A stretch of DNA of 63,566 bases, the filler included, from Octopus bimaculoides (Eukaryota): the NCBI RefSeq assembly GCF_001194135.2. It is 11 parts of 10 records of this genome, joined end to end, with 100 filler letters (N's around TTAATTAATTAA, not from the genome) between each part and the next. Parts side by side here need not be neighbours in the genome. Positions count along the whole stretch, not along the records: positions 49,343 to 61,100 come from NC_069000.1; positions 61,201 to 62,256 come from NW_026416494.1; positions 62,357 to 63,566 come from NC_068981.1; 8 more parts are not named here. The stretch is one strand, 5' to 3'. A program made the position numbers and the translations under genes. The notes under the pieces are model-generated. The model worked only from the letters and a program-made list of their open reading frames with translations. It had not been told where the DNA came from and did no database searches. Shown piece after piece: positions 54,170-63,566 of this stretch (position 1 is its first letter; every line of letters starts with the position of its first letter).

Positions 54170-55934
54170 GTAAGTTTCTTACGTTATTTACATTATTTAC
54201 ATTTGACGGATATTTGTCCTCATCTTGTTTGTTGTTAATACAACGTTTCGGCTGATATTCCCTCCAGCCTTCATCGGTCGTCTTGGGGAAATTTCGAATC
54301 TGGGTTCTCATTCCTAAGGTATTTTTCGATGTTATTATTATTATTATTATTCAGATCACTTCTTGGAATCGAACTCGGGATCTTGGAGTTAGTAGTTCGC
54401 GCTCTTAACCACTACGCCATATGCCCATGGGCAATTATGGTGTGAATTTTAGGACTTATAAATCTAATATTTTCCTATCCTTCCTTAACACTGGTTCCCA
54501 TACGCTACTCATATCTGCACTCGGTCTGCTTAGGAGGTTGTTGTGTCCTAGCATATGTGCTGCTTCTTTTAGTTCTCGTGTTTTCCAGTGGTGTTCTTTG
54601 TCTATTATTTAAACTCCATCCCACAGGGGGAAGTGGTCTCCATTTTTCCATATATGATCAGCTATACTCGATTTATCAATATCTCCTCGTGTCACAGCTT
54701 TGCGATGATCGTCTACCCTTATTTTGAGGGGGCGACATGTTTCGCCATTGTATAACCTACCACAGCTGCAAGGGATGGAGTACACGCAGTCTTTGGTCAT
54801 ATTCTCTTCTATTGGTGGTTTTACTCGAACGAGATATTTTCGAAGTGTTGTATTACTTTTGAATATTGTCCTGATGTCATATGGGCCACATATCTTTTGT
54901 ATCTTTTTGGGGAGTCCTTTCACATAGGGTAGACAGACTGTTGACAGTTTATTGTTTTCATCGTCTCTTTTCTTTATAATTGGAGTGGTAAGTATGTTTC
55001 AGGGGTAGTTGTTACTTAATAGATTATTACTGAGCTTGATCATTTCCTCGTGGTGGGTATCATAATCGCTACTTATATTCTTTGCTCGATGTTTTAGGCA
55101 TTGAGCAATCCCTCTCTTTACACTGTATGAATGGTGGGAATTGAAGTTGAGGTATCGTCCAGTGAAGGTCGGCTTGCGGTATACGGATGTCCTGAATCCA
55201 TACTTGGTGCGTGTTATTAATACGTCCAGGAATGTTAGCAGATTGTCTTTTTCCTTTTGCATTGTGAACTGTATAGTTGGCTTTATTGAGTTCACATGGC
55301 CTAACAGTACTTGGACATCTTCCTGGTGGGGCCAGAGTATAAAGGTGTCATCAACATATTGCAGCCATAGGGTCGGTTTTAGTGGTGTTGATCCTAAAGC
55401 CAAATTCTCAAAGTATTCCTTTATATATTGGCTATTATCGGTGATAATGGCGAACTCATAGATAAATCCTCAGATAGTTTCTACACAGAAGGTCAACATT
55501 TCCATCAAGTTTCTTATTGGTATACTAGTGCGTTCTTTTAGATGGATGTGTGTCATTAGTTTTTCTTGAATCACCGATAGTGCTTCACCAATTGGGACTT
55601 TGGTAAACAGACTTATCACATCTAGACTCACCATCTGGTTGGATTCAATGGGGGTATCCTTGATCAATTCTATGAAGTGGGTNNNNNNNNNNTCAATGGG
55701 GGTATCCTTGATCAATTCTATGAAGTGGGTGGAATTCTTCACGTATGATGTTGACTTTCCTGCTAATGGACTGATTATATCCACAAGGAAGCGACTCAGT
55801 GGATGACGTACTGAACCTCTACAGCTCACTATAGGTTTTAATGTAATACCATCCTTGTGAATCTTATGGAGATCGTACATGCGTGGTAGTTTACTGTAGT
55901 GTTGAGTCGGGTGTTTGTACTTCGTTGGGGCATA

Positions 55935-55989
55935 TGGCGTAGTGGTTAAGAGCGCGGGCTACTAACTCCAAGATTCCGAGTTTGATTCC
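55935..55989 (+). promoter_or_regulatory. tRNA-derived Pol III internal promoter (A and B boxes) heading the Penelope terminal repeat
   Basis: A box TGGCGTAGTGG (55935-55945) and B box GAGTTTGATTCC (55978-55989); the antisense copy has GAGTTCGATTCC. Confidence 0.7.
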
Positions 55990-55998
55990 AAGCAGTGG

Positions 55999-56046
<48 letters not shown>

Positions 56047-56082
56047 CTTAGGAATGTGAACCCAGGTTCGAAATTTCCACAA

Positions 56083-56128
56083 GACACCTGATGAAGGCTG
56101 GAGGGTATATCAGCCGAAACGTTGTGTT
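56083..56128 (+). ncRNA. Minimal type I hammerhead ribozyme in a Penelope terminal repeat
   Basis: GACAC-CTGATGA-A-GGCTG(gagggtatat)CAGCC-GAAA-CG-TT-GTGTT: intact core, 5-bp helices I and II, AACGTT palindrome, GUU triplet. A damaged antisense copy lies at ~54236-54283. Confidence 0.85.
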
Positions 56129-58085
56129 AACAACAAACAAGATGAGGACAAATATCTGTCAAATGTAAATAATGTAAATAATGTGCATAATTCCCCGTCT
56201 CTTAAATATAGAACCATAGTAAGTTTCTAGTTTACTTGTTTGCTTCCCTATGTCGTGATATGGACTATCTTCAGATAAGTTAGACAAGACTTTGACTAGA
56301 ATATTTACTGTATCAAAATTAGATTTCAAATCAGCGAAAAAGAGAAAAGAAAAGAACCTAGCAGCTTCTTTTTCTACATCTATCCATTGTAACATTTACG
56401 TGTCTCTGTTCCAAGTTCCTATCCTATCCTTCCAAGATCAGTTTTATCTTTTATACGATGGGACACTGTTGGGTTTCTCAAAAAGTTAAACTTGATACTA
56501 TAATAGTAGTGAAGCCCGATATGTACTGCGAAGCCTCATCGGTGTACGTTCTGTGCACATCATTCTATCATTATTAAGTTAAATTTCTAACGTAGGTAGA
56601 GAGCTGGATGTTGTTATGGGAGAAGAAAATTCGATGTTGTTATGTTTATACTCGCCCGAAAAGCATTGGTTCCTACTGCATCTGTACCGTATTTGGCCAG
56701 CGAATTAGAGAAAATAGAAACTTTTTATGGCAACGTTAACTTTTCTACTTACTCTTATAATGACTTCTAGTCTATGTGCATATCTTTTCTAATAGAGTTT
56801 AGTTTATTAGAAATCTATCCTTTATCTTTCTTTTTTTAATTTTTGCAATCATTGGGCTTGTGCCACGTTGAAGGGTTTAGTCGAACAAATTGACTCCAGT
56901 ATTTATTTTCTTGAAATTTGATACTTATTCTCTACGGTTTCCTCTGCCGAACCGCTAGAATACGGGGTCGCAAACAAACCAACACCGGTTGTCAAGCGGT
57001 GGTTACGGGGAACAAACACAAAGGCGGGTTTCCGCACTCAGACATCATCAATCAAAATTCACTCTCAAAGCGTTGTTTGGCCAAAGCTATAGTAGAAAAC
57101 TGAACTCGAAACCACTATTTCAAAAGCGAGTTTCTAACATTATTTGATCCTGTTTTGGCGACTCGTCTTAAGAATATTGCTTTCGGCAAAACGACTATAA
57201 AAGTATTTAACACTTTTATAGACATTGTTTTGTCAAACTTTTATCCCTTGCACCTACTTTTGATGTTAATATTTGTGTGACTTTTTGTTGATTCTCATCC
57301 CTTCCCTGTTGTTGTATCTTTTCGCAAAAACATTTCTTTCCTTTATATGAAACTCTCTTCTTCCTTCTTTCCTACATAAAATATGATTTTAATTCTTTTC
57401 AATTTTGCAATGATTACTTTATGTTTCTGGGGGCAGATACTTTTTCTTTCTTCCGTTTCTTTTGTACTTCTCAACATACTGACTGCGTGCTTATTTTGTT
57501 GAGAGTAACATCCAAAAAGAAAAAAAAAAAATTAAAAAAGAACAAAGAAAAAAACAGGTATCAGTTGATGCGGATAGGACAAACTTTGATGCTGACCCAA
57601 TTAGATAAACACATTTACAGTTGAATTCAGATGGGCAATGACCAATGGTTTGTGAGATGAGTAAGAAGTTTAGTTAGAGAGTTTCAGTTGGGAAAAGCAT
57701 ATGTTGACTTCTCTTTCTTCAGTACTGTTGAGATGGTGTGAATTATCTTCATTTTGAAATTTAGCACAAAACTTGCAATAATAAAATGGACTCCGGTAGA
57801 AGTATCTAAAAACCAGTGGTGATGTTTAAATCGAACGACAGATTACTATCCCCAGAACAGAATAAATAGGCTTTGTGTGTTAAAAAGAAATATATCAATG
57901 GAACTGTATGGGGGTAGATTTTATGTGAGAGCAGCATTTAATTAGCAATTTCGAATTGTAGAGTAAGTGAACGTGCCATTTAGATTTTAAGTCTCATATC
58001 AGATGTACTACTCTCAATTTGAGTAGCAGAATGCCAACTTATCTCCTTCAATAAAGTTTATCAATGAATGTCTGTTCTGTTTCAG

Positions 58086-58223
58086 TCACATATCCAAAAC
58101 GCTACTCTGGCTGGCGGAGTTGTCATCAGTGCTTGTGTTGACGTTATTCAAAAACCATACCAGGCTCAGATACTCGGTTTCATCGGCGGCACAGTAAGCG
58201 TACTGGGTTTTAAGTATTTACAA
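58086..58223 (+). CDS. Rh50: Rh ammonia transporter, exon equivalent to Rh exon 6
   Basis: tttcag acceptor, SHIQNATLAGGVVISACVDVIQKPYQAQILGFIGGTVSVLGFKYLQ (HIQNATLAGG Rh signature), CAA|gtgagt donor. 138 nt, the same as human RH exon 6. Confidence 0.95.
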
Positions 58224-58648
58224 GTGAGTAGTACATCAATAACTTCTATATTTTACTTTCCTTCCGACGGATTCGATCAGGGATCCTAAATCACAGTAAA
58301 ACAACTCAACACGTTTTAATTACTTTGTTGTTAACACATAATGAGTAATTTTGTGCGTGAGTTGCGCATTGCATGCGTGAGTGTGTTTAGTGTTGTATGT
58401 GTTTAGGTGTGCATGCATATATAGGATCCTTCATAATGATGGCACCCACGATCTTAGTAAATTACAAATAAAATGTGTTCCACCATAACGAAACTCCTTG
58501 TATTTGTGTATGTGTATAAATGTACGTTGTATTTATAAATGAATGCATATGTGTGGTCTGTTGTTGTAGTGTGTTATGTGTTGTGTTGTGCTAGATACAT
58601 TTGTATATTTATACACTTACCTAATGTAGAAATATACATCCGTTTGTA

Positions 58649-58687
<39 letters not shown>

Positions 58688-58761
58688 ATGTGTGTAAGGG
58701 ATAGTGGTGTCCAATCAGTCTAGAACCGCTGACTAATTCAACAAATCTTTAATTTCTCCAG

Positions 58762-58895
58762 CCAGTACTTTTGAAAAAACTGAAAATCCACGATACGGGT
58801 GGAGTAAACAATCTGCACGCCTTGCCGGGGATTGTGTCTGGATTAGCAGGGTGTGTGTTCGCTGTTCTAGCAACAGAGGAAAGTTACGGAACACA
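58762..58895 (+). CDS. Rh50: Rh ammonia transporter, exon equivalent to Rh exon 7
   Basis: ttctccag acceptor, PVLLKKLKIHDTGGVNNLHALPGIVSGLAGCVFAVLATEESYGT, CA|gtgagt donor. 134 nt, the same as human RH exon 7. Not in the ORF track. Confidence 0.93.
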
Positions 58896-58917
58896 GTGAG
58901 TAACTTTCAACTAAGAA

Positions 58918-59131
58918 TACAGGGTGACCCAAAAGTAGGTTTACAATTATTCAACTATCTCTTTCGCATTCATATATTAAGAGTTTAGATCTTAATTATT
59001 AAAAAATATGAAACCATTATTCTATGCTAATTTAGTTAATTGTAAGATAGAAATTTAAATGTAATAAAATGTTTTAAAAGAAATTTAAAGTGACAACGTC
59101 ATAACTGTAAACCTACTTTTGGACCACCCTG
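58918..59131. mobile_element. Tc1/mariner-type MITE just after Rh exon 7
   Basis: TA-CAGGGTGACCCAAAAGTAGGTTTACAATTAT left TIR versus CAGGGTGGTCCAAAAGTAGGTTTACAGTTAT (right TIR, reverse complemented): 31 bp, 3 mismatches. Confidence 0.85.
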
Positions 59132-59344
59132 NNNNNNNNNNNNNNNNNNNNNNNNNNNNNNNNNNNNNNNNNNNNNNNNNNNNNNNNNNNNNNNNNNNNN
59201 NNNNNNNNNNNNNNNNNNNNNNNNNNNNNNNNNNNNNNNNNNNNNNNNNNNNNNNNNNNNNNNNNNNNNNNNNNNNNNNNNNNNNNNNNNNNNNNNNNNN
59301 NNNNNNNNNNNNNNNNNNNNNNNNNNNNNNNNNTCTCTCCTCCG

Positions 59345-59720
59345 CACGGTCCACAACATTGCATAATTCTACTAATTACTATACCGAGTCAACTATTAAT
59401 TTTAAACAGAGATAGTCTGCACATATAAACTCATTTAAAAATGAGGAGTTTAGCAAATCTACCTCCCTAGCCAACCACATACATCATGTAATAAATAGAA
59501 AGGTACCATATAGCACATCCTGGGCCATAATAGATTCCAATGTCTCATACCAAGGCCAGGGATCCACATGTGAACTAAGCCTAAAAGAAGCCCTCCAAAT
59601 ATTAATACATAATTCACCGAAATTACTAAATAAACAACACGTAGCTTTCTCTACATGTTCTCATAGGTTCTATCGCACATTTAAATCCTTCTCTTGGTCC
59701 ATATCCAAACAAAATCAACA
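59345..59720 (+). mobile_element. PLE GIY-YIG endonuclease remnant (Naiad/Neptune-like)
   Basis: YTESTINFKQR*SAHINSFKNEEFSKSTSLANHIHH..YSTSWAII..YQGQGSTCELSLKEALQI..LLNKQ..TCSH matches the PLE C-terminal EN pattern. Confidence 0.75.
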
Positions 59721-60117
59721 CGCATACGCATGCATATATCTACCCATGGTCGTTACAATATATGTACGCTTTTTTCTTTTCTTTTTTCTTTCCCCCTACC
59801 TCTCTATCAACATAAGTATCTTAGAAGCTAGCTAGTTTCAATTGAATAATTTTTAGTTCTTGTAGGTTTTAGGTTTTAGTTTTCTTAGTTTGTAATTTTA
59901 AGTTAAAGTTTTAACTTTAATTCTTAATCCTTTAACTCGCGTCATTTAATTGCTATTAAGCTTGAAATATGCTTTTAGATATTTGTACTAACCACTACAT
60001 TATTGTCTTTTGTAACTTTACCTAGATTGACCCTTTACAGAAACTTTAACGTTTGACTTCTCACCCTGATGCAATACTGACATATCTCTATCATTACCTT
60101 TACTTTTATTATCATCA

Positions 60118-60185
<68 letters not shown>

Positions 60186-60566
60186 CTTTTACCCGTATCT
60201 TATTTGTATTCCTTTCTCCTCTCTCTTTCTCTCTTTCTCCCATATACACCCATTTACAAACTCATTTATATCTATCTTACTTTCTTGCTCTCAATTCACA
60301 TTTACATACTATTTATCGCTTTAATATGAATATATCATTCAAAATACTGCCAAAATACCGGCTGGATTTACCTAGGATTTTAACTAAGGACCTGCACCTT
60401 CATGTAAGTATTGACCAACATGCATATCCCCTGGAAAAAGTTGAGTTGTGAACATTATTCTCCTGCCTGTATTATTCTAACTACTTATTCTTCTATTTAC
60501 TTTTTTATTCTTCTACTTTATTCCTTGTTAACTATAAATTTTCCCTGTCTAGAACTTTCATTCCTT

Positions 60567-60642
60567 GTCTCTGATGACGAAATACCCAGTGCGCGGACAT
60601 GCTTACCTACCATTTGGGTTATCTCAGAAACGGCTGTAAGAC
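60567..60642 (+). ncRNA. Type I hammerhead ribozyme with extended helix II
   Basis: GTCT-CTGATGA-[cgaaatacccag...ttgggttatctca]-GAAA-C(ggct)G-TA-AGAC: intact core, 4-bp helix I, ~11-bp imperfect helix II, GUA triplet. Confidence 0.65.
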
Positions 60643-60936
60643 TTCAAATTTACCTTACCCTAATTAAATTATTGTAAATGACTTGAGATACTCGTTCTTC
60701 CTTGGTTTTTGTTTTTCCCTCTAATATAACATATTCTTGCTATAGTGGAACCCTAATACGGAACCATAGATCCAACCTCAGCTGGAACTTCGAACCTAAC
60801 GGACGATCAGCTATAGCACTTACTCAGCGTACTCATTCGTTTAGATCACCATTGAACTAAACCCCTCATATATCGGTATAAAAACCTCCTAAAAAAAACC
60901 ACGTAGATAGGCACACATATATACACAAATACTTGG

Positions 60937-60967
<31 letters not shown>

Positions 60968-61100
60968 TGTATGTATGTGTGCATGTATGAGTGTAATGTG
61001 ATGATAGTTTTTAACGCAAGCCGCCATTGAGCTAAGACGAAAGCGCAGTTCTAAATTGTTAGGCGTGGCTGTGTGGTAAGAAGTTGCTTCCCAACCACAT

Positions 61101-61200
61101 NNNNNNNNNNNNNNNNNNNNNNNNNNNNNNNNNNNNNNNNNNNNTTAATTAATTAANNNNNNNNNNNNNNNNNNNNNNNNNNNNNNNNNNNNNNNNNNNN
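61101..61200. other. Artificial scaffold spacer
   Basis: N44-TTAATTAATTAA-N44. Confidence 0.97.
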
Positions 61201-61204
61201 ATAA

Positions 61205-61241
<37 letters not shown>

Positions 61242-62211
61242 CCTTTCTACCCTAGGCCTGAAATTTTGTGGCAGGAGATAGTCGGCTACATCAGCCCCAG
61301 TGCTCGACTGGTGCTTCTCTCATCGGCCCCACCCAAAAGGACGAAAGCCAAATCATTATAATAACAATGATTTCAAATTTTGGCACAAGGCCAGCATTTT
61401 TGAAGAAAGGGGCTGGTCAATTCCATCAACCCTAGTACATAACCGGTACTTATTTCATTGACCCCTCAAAAGGATTAAAGGTAAGGTTGACTTTAGCTGA
61501 ATTTGAACTCGGAACGTAACGACGGACGAAATGACGCAAAGCATTTTATCGCTTCCTTAACAAAAAATAACGATACCCATAAATAATTAAATAAATAAAT
61601 GAATAATCATAAAAAATAATAATGATGATGATGATGATGATGATGATTATCATTATTATCATTATTATTATAGTACAAAAGTACAGGCCACACGGTTTAA
61701 AAATATATCACGTGTGCGTCTGTGTGTGTATATATATGTATATATGTATGTATGTATGTATGTATATGCATGAAATATATATCTATATGTGTGTGTGTGA
61801 CTGTGTGTGCATGTATATGTACATATGTATGTATATATTATATATATGTCTGTGTATGTGTGTGTATGTGTGCATGTGTATGTGTGTGGGTGTGTATGCT
61901 TGTCTATATATATATATGTGTGTATGTAGGTATGTATATATATATATATATATTATACATGTGTGCATTTGTGTGTGTGTGAGTGTATGTGTTCTGGTAT
62001 GTATGCATGTCTGTGTGTATACATGCATATGTATGTATATATTATATATATGTGCGTGTGCATGCATGTGTGTGCATATATGTATGTCTGTATGTATGTA
62101 TGTATGTATATTCAGACGCACAGAGAGACACAGGCATAGACATGTTTACTCACCCATGTGTAGTCACAATGTTAAATACAAGATATATGTGTATACATGT
62201 ATATATATATA

Positions 62212-62256
<45 letters not shown>

Positions 62257-62356
62257 NNNNNNNNNNNNNNNNNNNNNNNNNNNNNNNNNNNNNNNNNNNN
62301 TTAATTAATTAANNNNNNNNNNNNNNNNNNNNNNNNNNNNNNNNNNNNNNNNNNNN
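62257..62356. other. Artificial scaffold spacer
   Basis: N44-TTAATTAATTAA-N44. Confidence 0.97.
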
Positions 62357-62899
62357 ATGAAATATACGAGAATATATTATTAATCACAACAATTGTTTTG
62401 GCACATCTAACATTGACTCCTCTTGTGGGACACACAAAAACTGGTTCAGGAGTATCCAGTGGTGCAGACGTATCTCATCGGGTGACAAATAAATAAAATA
62501 AATCTCGTTAAAATGACTGTTCCATAATGCAACTTTCCATTTTGTAGAGAGAAAAACAGCCAGACGGAGAAAAATTCTTCATATACATAGAAGATCCAAA
62601 ACTAAAATTGTAGAAGACAAAAAGAGAAACGAACACTTAATCCAGTGAGAAAAGTATTGAAAATAACCGTTAACCGATATGGATGTATAAATGCCCTTGG
62701 TCAAGCAGTATAGCACGAGTACACATGCTCATACAAGCATTAGCAAAAATGTGAGCATACGCACACGTGAGTTTAGGCGCACACATAATTACAAAGTGAG
62801 TTAGATATTAAGTAGGTGTTTAGGAGAACGGGGAGGTTTAAAGGAAAATTTAAGTCATCCATACCTTACAGTAAAATTAAATTACACTAAGTTAACGGT

Positions 62900-63200
62900 T
62901 ACTCAAAATTCATTCTCATTGCATTGTGCAAAAGTACATTTATATGCATGTAGGCATCTCAATAGTCTTTCAGAAATTCTATTAAGTATCAGGGATTCCT
63001 CAGAGCAGAGACGGCATCTCCTGGAAATTGCACTGTATGGTTTTGCATGTCTAGCTATGGACCAAGTAATGTAATATTTCGTATTAGCCTCCTTCAGTCG
63101 CCATATAAAATCTGCCAAAGATGTCAAATGTCTCTTACTGATTGACCTAAAGCTGGCAACATGATTATGATAACGATTCTTAAATGAATCAGCCGTATAA
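62900..63200 (-). mobile_element. PLE GIY-YIG endonuclease remnant (Naiad/Neptune-like)
   Basis: SFKNRYHNHVASFRSISKRHLTSLADFIWRLKEANTKYYITWSIARHAKPYSAISRRCRLCSEE. Confidence 0.85.
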
Positions 63201-63252
63201 TATGTATACATATGTATATGTACAATATGTATAATATGTATACATATGTATA

Positions 63253-63303
<51 letters not shown>

Positions 63304-63566
63304 TATTAGGGATAAAAATCCAAATTTATAGGTAAAAACTCAATTAAATTGAATTTATCAAAAATTAAAATTAAATTAAGTTTCACAGTATATAATATGT
63401 AAATATATAATTTAGAGAAAAAAACCAAAGTTCATGAACTCATCCATGAAAATCCACAGTCATATATAGAAAAAATTAATAAGAAAATACACGATAAATA
63501 AGTATAATAAAATACAAAGTAAAAATCATAAAATAATAATAATAAAACAACTACACGTGTTTCATA

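Larger units (their letters stand above)
54180..56215 (-). mobile_element. Penelope-like retroelement (Poseidon-type RT plus GIY-YIG), 5'-truncated, with inverted terminal repeats and a 13-bp TSD, in an Rh intron
   Basis: Minus ORF pieces KIHKDGITLKPIVS..SLDVISLFTKVP, WLQYVDDTF..FLDVLI..VYRKPTFTGRYLNFNSHH and CVYSIPCSCGRLYNGETCRPLKIRVDDH. Inverted repeats at 54183-54426 and 55928-~56190. ATAGTAAGTTTCT at 54167-54179 and 56216-56228. Confidence 0.93.

Noticed and set aside
55646-55730. Tandem duplication inside the Penelope RT
   Set aside because: The same ~38 bp flank both sides of a 10-N gap, the typical pattern of an unmerged contig overlap.
55928-56000. tRNA gene
   Set aside because: Has A and B boxes but no acceptor-stem closure, and continues into (AAT)n and the retroelement repeat. 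It is a tRNA-derived promoter, like the SINE heads.

Overview
AT-rich animal genomic DNA with spliceosomal introns and dense microsatellites, SINEs and LINEs. The repeat landscape looks like a cephalopod (Octopus-like); this is recognition from memory, not verified. The window is not contiguous: ten identical 100-bp artificial spacers (N44-TTAATTAATTAA-N44) join 11 unrelated scaffolds. Two partial host genes are well supported. These are six consecutive exons of mitochondrial ribosomal protein L3 (10129-18915, +) and three exons of a divergent Rh-type ammonia transporter (54006-58895, +). Mobile DNA includes RTE, CR1/L2-like and R4/Dong-like LINE remnants, Tc1/mariner elements and MITEs, several tRNA-derived SINE families, and Penelope-like (PLE) RT/GIY-YIG remnants. 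The most striking unexplained signal is about ten type I hammerhead-ribozyme (HHR) motifs from several unrelated families. They occur in head-to-head inverted pairs, in 300-345 bp direct-repeat units resembling retrozymes, downstream of GIY-YIG remnants, and in a tRNA-promoter-headed terminal repeat. That repeat flanks a Penelope ORF whose 13-bp target-site duplication copies the Rh exon splice donor.
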